64,000 bases of DNA from Octopus vulgaris (lineage: Eukaryota): assembly GCA_951406725.2 (NCBI GenBank), contig OX597819.1, forward strand, positions 82,274,001 through 82,338,000, written 5' to 3'. Positions 53,801 to 64,000 of this stretch are shown in pieces. A program made the position numbers and the translations under genes. The number at the start of each line of letters is the position of its first letter. Positions within the stretch are counted from its first letter, which is position 1. The notes beneath the pieces are model-generated. The model saw nothing but the letters and a program-made list of their open reading frames with translations, had not been told where the DNA came from and made no database searches.

Positions 53801-54706
53801 ATGAATACCAATAGCAATTATTATAATAATACTACCAACAATAAAAACAGCAATAGTAACTATCATAACATGGGTGAAATTAGTAACCACAGAATGACTA
53901 ATAACATTAACATTAATAGTAATAATAACAATACCGATATTAATAGAAGTAATAATGTTAATAATAGAAATAATAGAAATAAGGCTAATGGAGAAAATAA
54001 GGAGAATGAAAATATCAGTGATATCTATAACAACAATATGCAGTCGGATAAAAAGACTAACAATAATAGTAACATTACCAATAATATAAAAAATCATGGT
54101 AGGACTTTAGACCTAAAAGATGAAACAGAAGGATCAATAAATAATAGCAATACTTTAGATATCAGCACCAACTATAAAAATATTAATAACAATAAGGACA
54201 ATTATACTCATGATAATCAAAATAATAGGAACCTAAGACATCTACCCAAGAATAATCCAAAACCTGAAGTTGTTCCTCCTGTGTGTAAGTGTAGAATAAA
54301 ATCAAAATGCCCGGCACCTGGTCTATGCGGGGAAAATAACGTAATCTATAAATGTACCATATCCACGGAGAATAACAAATATTTTTACATTGGATGTACA
54401 ATTAATTTTCTAGCCAGAGTTAGAAATCACATCTCGTCTTTTAAATTACGTCATAAAGCTGGTACCACCACACTTTCAAACAAAATCTGGGAACTCAAAA
54501 ATAATAACAATAATTATAACCTTAATTGGGAAATAGTTAGGAGAGCAATTCCGTATAAAAATAGCAGGGTTGGTTGCCAACTATGCTCCATGGAGACGTA
54601 TGAAATTCTAAAGCATAGAAAACATAGAAACTTATTGAATAACCATATCGAACTAGGTCAAGTTTGTGTCCACGCTAAATTGAAGACTTTAAAATATTTT
54701 AAATGA
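53801..54706 (+). CDS. Asn-rich linker + CxCx5C + GIY-YIG endonuclease (C-terminal part of a PLE polyprotein)
   Basis: CKCRIKSKCPAPGLC..NVIYKC..YFYIGCT..R.RNHISSF..TTLSNKIWELK..NWEI..CQLCSME..LLN; uninterrupted 301-aa ORF; the frame stays open upstream to the arm junction, so the ATG may be internal. Confidence 0.85.
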   Translation: MNTNSNYYNNTTNNKNSNSNYHNMGEISNHRMTNNININSNNNNTDINRSNNVNNRNNRNKANGENKENENISDIYNNNMQSDKKTNNNSNITNNIKNHGRTLDLKDETEGSINNSNTLDISTNYKNINNNKDNYTHDNQNNRNLRHLPKNNPKPEVVPPVCKCRIKSKCPAPGLCGENNVIYKCTISTENNKYFYIGCTINFLARVRNHISSFKLRHKAGTTTLSNKIWELKNNNNNYNLNWEIVRRAIPYKNSRVGCQLCSMETYEILKHRKHRNLLNNHIELGQVCVHAKLKTLKYFK

Positions 54707-55446
54707 TTAGAATATTCGTAACTAGATAGATAGATAGATATAACTTGATTTTTACTAGTATAGCACTGCTTTAAGTAGATAACTAAGAGTTCTCACACTA
54801 CAGTTATCTTTTTCCTTATATCTGCATCAGTTTTTTGAGAACAGGGAAATGAATAGTACTTATACGCTGCTTAATTGAGGCTTTATTTAATTTCAAATTC
54901 ATAATTTTAAATCTTAATTTTAATTTTTTTAATTTTTAATTCTTAACTTAATCTAATTTAAGTAACATAACTTTAATAAAATAAAATGAGTTACTAAAGC
55001 CTCATAATTCTATTTCAAAATTAAATAAGTAAGGCTACACCCTCGATGATAGTATGAATATCTTCATTATCATAGACAATTCCCTAACACCTTGTAAATG
55101 ATCTTCTAAGATTTGACCTGTAGTCCGTCAATGTATGAATAATAACGGCAACTCCTTAAGACAGTAAAACGAATAAATTAAATAAATAAATTTTAATGAC
55201 TTTTTGATAAGATTATACTTAGATTTTCCTAATGTATTTTCTTTTGATTTTAGCCTTGGACCCCTATACCCCTAACCTTGTTATCTCTTTAGATTCTCTT
55301 TAAATTCATAGCTGCTTTCAACGGCGTCACGTTAGCAATAAATTAGCTGTTTTACTGGTCAAGGAATAATATTCTCCTCTAGTTCCTAGATGCCTGCAAA
55401 TTAAAACCAGACTTGCCGTCTACTAATTCTTCTGTATAACTAGAAC

Positions 55447-55655
55447 CCTCTTTTTCTTTTTCTTTTCTCCCTTCTTTCCCTCTTTCTTTTCTTTCTCTTT
55501 TCTCTTTTTTCTTTTTTTTCTTTTTCTTCTTCTTATTCTCTTTTTTCTTTTTCCTTTTCTCTTCTCTTCTAGTCTCCCCCCCCCTTTTTGCTCCCTCCTC
55601 CTTTATTTTCTCTCTTTTCCTCTCTTTCCTTCCCTTTCTGTTCTTTGCCTCTCTA
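55447..55655 (+). repeat. Polypyrimidine tract inside the PLE 3' region
   Basis: About 200 nt, almost exclusively C/T. Confidence 0.9.
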
Positions 55656-55715
55656 GAAAGCCCTTTAGCCTTTAAAAGTTAAATAGCTACAGTCTCTTGA
55701 AAATAGCAGTAATGT

Positions 55716-56040
55716 GATTAATGTGGCAAATACCTAATCATATAGCAAGAATTGATACCTACCTCATTGTGTTCAACCATTGATAAATTTATCGTCTGTG
55801 AATATGAAATTCCTCTTCATTTCTCTGGAAATTTACATCTACACCATGGGAAATTGTGCATCTATACAAAGGATTAATTCACCCTCTCTGTGATGCTAAT
55901 AAACAGGAATTGAGACCCACCTCGTTGTGATTGGCCATGGATAAATTTGTCATCTGTGAGTATGTAATCCCTCCTCATATCTCTGGAAATTCATATGTAC
56001 ACTATGGATTAAGTCACCTTCTCTGTGATGCTATTAAAAC
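55716..56040 (+). repeat. Degenerate 135-158-bp tandem repeat within the PLE 3' region
   Basis: GAATTGA..ACCTC.TTGTG at 55749 and 55907; GGATTAA.TCACC.TCTCTGTGATGCTA at 55871 and 56006. Confidence 0.75.
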
Positions 56041-56182
56041 TTTTTAAAATTCTGTGATAAGACTGTACATCATCTTTAAAGAACTTTAATGAACTTTGGA
56101 AATCTGTTTATGTTACTTAATTATCTACATTACTTCATGAGTATAGCCTGAACCACTAAGATGTCTAGAGAACTCACATGTA

Positions 56183-56273
56183 TTTTAGCTGATGAGTACG
56201 GGACACGTTTATATGCTGCAATTTTTGCAACTTTTAATAAAGCCTGCCCTTGTATGAAACGATTGTACTAAAA
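56183..56273 (+). ncRNA. Type I hammerhead ribozyme motif with extended stem II (right arm)
   Basis: TTTTAG-CTGATGA-GTAC GGG..TTTAT..TGCAA TTT TTGCA..ATAAA..CCC TT GTAT-GAAAC-GATT-GTA-CTAAAA; predicted cleavage after A56267. Confidence 0.8.
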
Positions 56274-56303
56274 ACTTATCCATTCTTGTTGCTTCTTTCT
56301 CGC

Positions 56304-56347
<44 letters not shown>

Positions 56348-56426
56348 ATGTGTGTGTATCTATGTATATATGTATATCTATCTATATATATATATGTATG
56401 TATAAGTATATGTATGTATTTGTATG

Positions 56427-56463
<37 letters not shown>

Positions 56464-56467
<4 letters not shown>

Positions 56468-56509
56468 TCATCGTTTAACGTCCGCTTTCCATGCTAGCAT
56501 AGGTTGGAC
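56464..56509 (-). mobile_element. RTE tail-only insertion (~46 bp) in (TA)n
   Basis: CATCATCGTTTAACGTCCGCTTTCCATGCTAGCATAGGTTGGAC. Confidence 0.8.
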
Positions 56510-56532
56510 ACATATATATATATATATAAAGA

Positions 56533-59500
56533 CAAAATAGAGTGAAAAAAACTACAGAACACTTAGGTTATATGGTTAAAGAATATATTTAAATCATTAT
56601 GTTAGGAAAATGTTATAAAATTTTGTGCAAAGTGACATTGTTTTGGGAGAAAAAACCAGTTTCGTATTTTCTTCTGAAATTTCTTTATCAATATTGTCAT
56701 CTCTTTGCTATGAAGTGAAGTATGAGAGTTCTAGAAAGGGGAAGGTAATTAGGGATTTTTTCCGTATAAGGGAAATAATAAAAAATGTTGGGAATGACTA
56801 GGTTTTATTAATTTAACATGATTTGGTTTAGAAAGAATAGAATGTTAGAAGTGGTTAAGTTTTGCTTTATATTTTTTTTCAAAGAGGTAAGTTTCTTTAT
56901 TTAAAATTGCTAGAAATGGTTAAGTTTTGGCTTATATTTTTCAATGAAGTAGGTTTCCTTATTTAATCTAACTTGTGTTGGTGTTCCAAAGGTACATTGA
57001 TAAAATGGAAAGATTACAAATATTGGTAGCAGTTGCTTTGTGCATTTTTCAATGTGTGCACTAAACAGAATCATTCTGTATTCTGGGAATGCACTTTGCT
57101 GTCAGTGCAGAGTGCATCTGCATCTGAGTGATAATTCCATGGACCCTATGTTAGTTTTAGTAGCAGCCCGAGCATCTTATAACTCTTATAAATCAGGTTT
57201 TCTGAGGCACAAGTAAAGTCAGATTTGATTTTGAATTTTTGTCCTTCTTTCAAAAAGGAATTCTGATCCTTCTAGAAGGCTTGGGCATGTTGCAAAATTT
57301 GGTTGACCCCATTTCTTCTCTTTTGTGTCCATTATTTTAGAAAATGATTTTACCTTTGTGAGGATCTTTTTTAGTGATTTCAGTTTGTGGCTTTTAATGA
57401 TCTTATGTTTGTGTGAAATTTCCTTTTTTCCAAAGAAAAAAATATAAATAACAAACAAAACTGAACAACACACAAATTTTAACCACTTAGTCAACATCAA
57501 CCCACCTCATTATCCTCTGTACACCATAAATATAAATCACCAACCCCCACTAACATTTTTTAACCACCCAAAACTAAACAGTGAACAAGCTGACAACAAA
57601 CACATTTATGAAATAAATTACACCAAATCTAATGATCACCTGTATACCAGGAACAACACACACCAACAACGTCCCAATACCAGGCATAACCATCCCATAA
57701 CAACACAAACCACCACATACCAGGCACTACTACCACATGACCCAAAATTACTGGTCCCCACTGAGCACATGAACAGCACAAAATAATACTAGGTCAAGAA
57801 ACACCCCACATACAAGAAATTCCAAGCAAAAATATACCACATACAGAAATGTTACACACATCACTAACCAAAACACCCACACACACATAACAATCTGAGG
57901 CAACAATACCACCATTCCCCTGGACCAATCCCATACAACCTCAGAAACAGCTCATGCAAACAAAACTACAACCAACATTTTTTAGCCCCCTGCAAAAAAT
58001 AATGAAAGGATCAGCTAAGAATTGAATTGGTTGAATTCATCCTACAAAACAACCACTTCATGTTTGATAATACGTTCTATCGACATAAAACCCATAATTG
58101 CCATGTGGGCACTAAGGCAACCCCGGTCATTGCAAACCTAACAATGGCCTATCTGGAAATAATAATATACCAGGAATCTTTATCTACCTTTGTAAACCCT
58201 TTTTCCTAATACATAAAAGAAAATTTAAAAAGATTCCTAGACAACTGTTTCATCCTCTGGAATGAAAACACAGACAAACTCCTGAAATTCAAAAGACTAT
58301 TAAACAGCATCAACCCAAACATACAATTCACAATGGAATACAACCAAAAGGAGCTCCCATTCTTGGATATGCTAATTAAAAAAATAAACCTAAAAATAGA
58401 AATAGACATATTCTACAAAACCACACATGCCAAACAATATCTATTATCTAATTCATGCCACCCAAGACACACGAAAACAAACATTTTCAACCTTGCAAGA
58501 AGGATATGCACAACATTGTCAGAAAAAATACCAGAAACTTTAGACTGCAAGGACTCAAAAACACCCTGATTGACAGACACTACCCAGTTCAACTCATAGA
58601 GGATGGACTCAGACATGCAACACAAATCAACATAGAAACTTAAGAAAAGTCCAAATTTTACACACATACAAGATCAGTAAAAACCACAAACAAATGAAAC
58701 CACTAAAACATACCCTCACAAAAGCAAAATTATTTTCTAAAATAATGGACACAAAAGTGAAGAAATGTGGTTGACCAAATTGTGCAACATTCCCAAACCT
58801 TCTAGAAGGATCAGAATTCCTTTTCAAAGAGGGACAAAAATTCAAAATCAAATCTGACTTTACTTGTGCCTCAGAAAACCTGATTTATGTTATAAGATGC
58901 TCGGGCTGCCACAATAACTACATGGGATCCATGGGATTATAGCTCAGATGCACTGGACCTACAGCAGAGTGCATTACCAGAATACAGAATGATTTTGTTT
59001 AGTGCACACATTGAGAAATTCACAAAACTGCTACCATAATTTGTAATCTTTCCATTTTATCAATGTGCCTTTGGAACACCAACACAAGTTAGATTAGATA
59101 AGGCAACCTACTTCATTGAAATATATATGCCAAAAACTTAACCATTTCTAGCAATTTTAAATAAGGAAACTTACCTCTTTGAAAATAATATAAAGCAAAA
59201 CTTAACCACTTCTAACATTCTATTCTTTCTAAACCAAATCATGTTAAATTCATAAAACCTAATCATTCCACACATTTTTGATTATCTGCCTTATACCGAA
59301 AAAATCCCTGATTACCTTCCCTTGTCTGGAACTTTCATACTTCACTTCATAGCGAAGAGATGACACAATATTGATAAAGAAATTCGAGAAATTTGAAAAG
59401 AAAATACGAAACTGGTTATTTCTCCAAAAACAATGTCACTTTGCACAAAATTTCATAACATTTTCCTAAAATAACAATTTAAATACATTCTTTGACCATA

Positions 59501-59536
59501 TAACACAAATCTTCTGTAGTTTTTTCACTCTATTTT
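56533..59536 (+). mobile_element. Older Neptune-type Penelope-like element with an inverted 5' copy of its own 3' ~890 bp
   Basis: About 56533-57415 is the diverged reverse complement of about 58660-59536; RT and GIY-YIG remnants at 58020-59145. Confidence 0.88.
58020..59145 (+). pseudogene. PLE reverse transcriptase + GIY-YIG pseudogene
   Basis: FILQNNHFMFD..GTKATPVIANLTMAYLE..RFLDNCF..INPNIQFTME..LPFLD..FYKTT..SCHP..FNLARRI..KCG*PNCAT..FTCASENLIYVIRCSGCHNNYMG; frameshifts and stops. Confidence 0.9.
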
Positions 59537-61151
59537 ATACATCCAATCACATGCTTTCACATCCTAACTCCCTCACCTATATACATCTATATATACACAC
59601 ATGCAGAACCCATTATAACAAAGATTTGCAATTTTCACTTAGTAGCATCTCATACAGCTTTTGTGGCTGTCTGAGCAATAGCTGCACTCTTTCAACAAAT
59701 TTATCTATTAATTACCATTCAGGATTAACCATCTCAAGGTGTAGGGCAAAATTAGAAATATATTCTAACACTGTGTGTATTATTTCCTTGGCCTTGTGAT
59801 GCATTTAGCAATTTTTTTTATTGATTACTAAATATACACTACCAGATAATTTATTCAGAAGCCCAGTTGAAAGAACATGTGTGATTCTGATTGTTCTGAA
59901 CTTGACTATAAAGAAATAAAGCCAACAGGGAAATTGTTTTGTTGTTAGGTTGAAAGGTTCTCTACAAAGACTATGATGATTAAATTGTTTAGAGCAAGAA
60001 TAGAAATAATTTCATTTATAAAAACTTATTTATAAGGTCTATAGTATGTTATGTATAATTAACATTATCTTTTCTATGTAAAGAATCTTAGTGTTTGTCT
60101 CAAAAGGAGAAATTAGCAAATTTTTAAAGAATGGGGTAGGTTATAGCTGATATAATCTTACATATACTTACTCCATTGATTCCTGAAGGATAAAATATAA
60201 ACTCAATATTGACATGATTTGAAAGTGAATGCAGAAATAAAAATATCATAATATAATTTACCCTTTATTTCTGATGTCTTTTCATTTTACAGATTAAATT
60301 ATCTGTATCCACCAAGCAGTGAAATTAAATTATATACCTTTTACTCCCCTTTAAACATTAAAACAATCTATACTTTATAGCATCAAAAAAAAAAAAACAT
60401 AGCCAGGTTAAATGTGATTACTAGGAAAATATCACTGGTGAGCAAATATTCTTTGGTCATTTTTAACCTGACTGTTTTTATTTCTGATGTTGAAAACATA
60501 GAATAATGAAAATTGCTTTTATATTATTTATATATGAAGTAAACATTGTAGATAGACTTTGAAAGTGAGATGGTGTCCGGACTTGAACATTTTTAATCTT
60601 AGGACTGTTGAATCAGAATTAACCTGGTTGAACCACAATATACTACTTATAGTTTGAATAGCATTTTCAATAAAGAAACATTATGTTTAATCTCATACTT
60701 GATATTACTTATAGTTAGCACATAAAATAGGTCTAGTCTATCTTTGAGTTATTTGATTTTTAAACAATTCCATTTTTGTAGGTCTATGTAAATTTACTTG
60801 ACAATTAATTCATTTCTATGATGATGGCTATGGTTTGCTAATAGGCTCAGAATAAGACTTCTTCATGTTTAGAGTTATTTTTTGCATTTGCTGTGTAAAT
60901 AAAAGGCATATTTAACCCATCAAATTTGAATTCAGCAAGTCAAGTTATGTGTTGCTTCACTGAGTCCACTAAATATTACTTATTAATTGATAACATTTAA
61001 AAATTTTTTTGTATATTTCCTTCTTAATTTTCTATTGCTCCATACTGTAAAAGTGTTGATGCTATCTTACCTACTTACTAATGTAGAGTATTATTACTTC
61101 CCTGATTATCTCAGTATTTAATACCTGAGTAACTTAACTGTATTAAATAAG

Positions 61152-61681
61152 AAATTTGACTGAATTCTGGTTTAAGCACCTTATATTTTGGAATTTTCAG
61201 AAAATGTTTTGAAATTTGTGTTCTACACATGAGAATTCATACGATTTGGAAAAACCAATAAAAAAATTTGTGTGATTTAAGGGCGATTTAGCTGTTATTT
61301 TTAGCTTATCTCACAACCACCTGATACCTTCTTTGCTTCATTTTATTTTTTTGTCACTCTGACATGTATTGATGTTTTTCAATATTTTTGTCCTCATAAA
61401 CATTTAATGATGCACTTGAGGGTGGTCCATTGCTGGGATTTAAGCAAAAAATTCACTCTGTCCATATTTTAAACTCTCATTTAAAAAAGGATATTGAGAA
61501 AAGTAGAACTTTTAGGATTCATGAGGGAAAGGGTTACAAAATAAAAGAAAAAATCATTTATAATCGTATGAATTCATGAGTGTAGAACACAAATTCCATA
61601 AATTTTCTGAAAAATTCCCAAAATTAAAAAAGATATATGGGGTTATATGGGGTGCTTAACCCAGAAATCTACCAGAAATTT
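61152..61681. mobile_element. MITE-like element with ~100-120-bp imperfect TIRs
   Basis: TTCTGGTTTAAGCACC..AATTTGTGTTCTACAC..GAATTCATACGATT is inverted at 61562-61681. Confidence 0.7.
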
Positions 61682-64000
61682 TACCATATTAGACATATCC
61701 AGCATTAGCTTTCAATGATTTCATCTCCAACAAGCTATTATTATGAAATAATCCTATTGTCATTTGTATACTTTATTTCTAATTTGTGGTTGAATATAGT
61801 ACAATGAGCAATTTTTTGAGATGCATAATGAGAAACAGCCAATATTTGTAACTATACATTATAATGATTTGTCATTTGACTAGAAAGTAAATCTCATACA
61901 AAGCAAGAAATATAGTGGGTGTGTGAATCACTCAGCTGAATTCATGTTCATTATCTGAGTAATTTCTTTCAGTTTCATTGACAGCTTGACTGATGCAAAC
62001 AGTAAGATGATTTAACTGTAATAGGACACCTGCTGTAGTGATGCTTCTGTGGAAATAATAGCTTCAGAATAAACCTCTTCTATTGCAATTTCTCAAATAA
62101 TTTTTCTTGTCATTTTACTTCAAGAAGTAACCTTACTCACATATCCATAGTATTTAGCCAGACAAATGTTACCAATGTTAATGATTCTTGTTTGCCTTTA
62201 AGTAACAGATTCTATAAAGTCAACTAGATTGTTTTCTGCTAATGCATTTAACTGGTTTTAAATCTAATCTATAAAAATTAAACTTCAAATGCTATGTTCT
62301 CTCTGTTTTTAAGCTTAGACACATTTGCAGTATGTCTCAAAATACATTAAAAACAAGTTTTTAATGTTTACAATCATGAATAACTTTAATGTCCTCATCC
62401 TGTTCAATTTTGCAGTACTCATCTTGAGCTCTGAGTTACAAAAAATATTGAGCCTAAACTAGACAAGTAATCATTCCATTCTTGGTATTGGGTAAGAGTA
62501 GCCCAAAATACAATTGTTGATTTGTACTTCCTAATGTGCAATCATTCATAAACTGCTATTATTAGCCTAAACAATTGCCTGACACATACTTTACCTCACT
62601 ACAATCACATTTAATTATAATTTTGGCAACTTTGCAGTCTGTTATAAATGTATTGGTGTACAATCTATTTGAGTCAATTTAGTGAGTTGTTCACAACCTT
62701 CTATGATAAGTTACATGGAAAAATATTCCCATCAAAGTTCAATATGTTAGGACTAATTAATTCAAAGTCATAATGTGCCTCTGCCAAATGAAATATGTGA
62801 CAATTCCAACATATTTTTTACATTATCTTGAATTAATTTCAACTTTCCAATAGAGTTCAAGTCTTGAAAGATCAATAGTTTATTTTTTTAGCTCCAAGTC
62901 AGCCTTAATTGACCAGACCTATGATCAAAGGCATTCTAATCATAACCATCCCAACATTTTAAAAATAGAATAAAGAATGATTTAACAAACATTTGGCTGC
63001 TATTCCAGACAGGTCTAGTGACAATGCAGAAGCTTTCTCATGAGGCCAACCATCAAAGGTAATTAATATTGCTGTTGTGTCTCTAAAACTCAGGGTATCT
63101 GCTAGTTAAATGGATAGAATTGGGCAAGTGACTTTTGTAGCTAACGATATAGACAATAACAGTACCATTTATTTCATATTTGATATTATTGATATGTGAA
63201 CTGAGACTGAAAGAACTGATGTCCTAAAATTCATCCTTCTGAGTTGCTTCTAACTCTCTTCTTTCTGTGTGGTATTTGCTTTGAATCATTTTTACCTCAG
63301 CTCATTTACTAAAAAGAAAATGGAATTTATTTGACTTACAAAACCATTATGAACCATATCCTCTTACCCTTCACATATATTCTAATTGTTTCAAAAGCAT
63401 GGTGTTCTCTTTGGATATGCAATAAAGTACAGACACTCCAAATGATTTGCTTAGAATGTATAGCCTGCTCAACTTTGGTTCCCAGTAAAAATATTATGAA
63501 CTCTACCAAATGAGAAAACCAGATAGAGAGCATATAACTGAGGTGAGATCTAATAATTAGAGACAATACTTTCCTTTTGGTTGACCATTTGAATGAGAAA
63601 CTTCTTCATTTTCAGTCCACTAAATGGATACTGGCTAAGAAAATTCATTTCATTATTTCTTGCTCCAAAGTATCTTCTAACTTTATAAGCTCACAAACAG
63701 AAATTTGAGTATTAATCATCATTAGCAAATCTGTTATGGCTTCACACATTAGCTACTTCATTTCAGGTAATTTGAGATGTTTATTAATTATCATTGTTGT
63801 TATTATTATTCATTAATATATAATATAATCTACCTCAACTAATTTCGTTTGTCCTTTGCAACCATGCAAAAATGGATGTTAAAACAATGATGATGCTTGC
63901 TTCGTTCTGTCTTTTAAGATATGTGTTACAATGTTACTCGATCTTTAGCTTATCAGCAATCTTTGAGTATAGCAATATAATTAAAAATGAATCCAACAAT

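Larger units (their letters stand above)
53208..56303 (+). mobile_element. Young Penelope-like element (Hydra-type) with inverted pseudo-LTR arms and no RT, inserted in (TA)n
   Basis: Arms 53323-53774 and 55853-56303 with about 7 differences by eye; GIY-YIG ORF; an HHR in each arm. Confidence 0.88.

Noticed and set aside
53750-54097. Hydrophobic 115-aa minus-strand ORF
   Set aside because: It is the antisense shadow (ATT = Ile) of the Asn-rich AAT codons.
53323-56303. Cut-and-paste DNA transposon with long TIRs
   Set aside because: There is no DDE transposase, the arms are asymmetric and contain HHRs, and the ORF is a PLE-type GIY-YIG; an inverted pLTR fits better.
59367-59420. Functional hammerhead in the Neptune-type PLE terminus
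   Set aside because: The core reads TTGATAA in both arms; only GAAAC-TG-GTT and a 4-bp stem I remain, so it is at most a relic.

Overview
AT-rich, microsatellite-dense eukaryotic DNA with no recognisable multi-exon host CDS, probably a large intron or intergenic region. The SINE and RTE repertoire looks like an octopus (coleoid cephalopod) genome; this is an inference. The window holds tRNA-headed SINEs, RTE and CR1-group LINE fragments, mariner and Tc1/DD37D relics, non-autonomous Helitron-like elements and MITEs. The most notable content is a set of Penelope-like element (PLE) derivatives that carry hammerhead ribozyme (HHR) motifs, mostly sit in (TA)n, and often form foldback structures. 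(i) 43232-44051: interleaved inverted repeats (A B A' x B') that reconstruct a ~483-nt circularly permuted non-coding HHR monomer, a retrozyme candidate. (ii) 53208-56303: a young element with ~452-bp, ~98-99% identical inverted arms, each carrying an HHR, around an intact Asn-rich + CxCx5C + GIY-YIG ORF with no RT. (iii) 13533-13760: a palindromic two-HHR mini-element matching the terminus of a decayed PLE at 23920-24640. (iv) A minimal-HHR mini-element family at 39.0, 52.6 and 53.0 kb, plus older Neptune-type PLEs. A 102-bp templated insertion into an RTE ORF and two candidate microexons are also noted. All calls were made by eye; no searches or folding programs were run, and boundaries are approximate.
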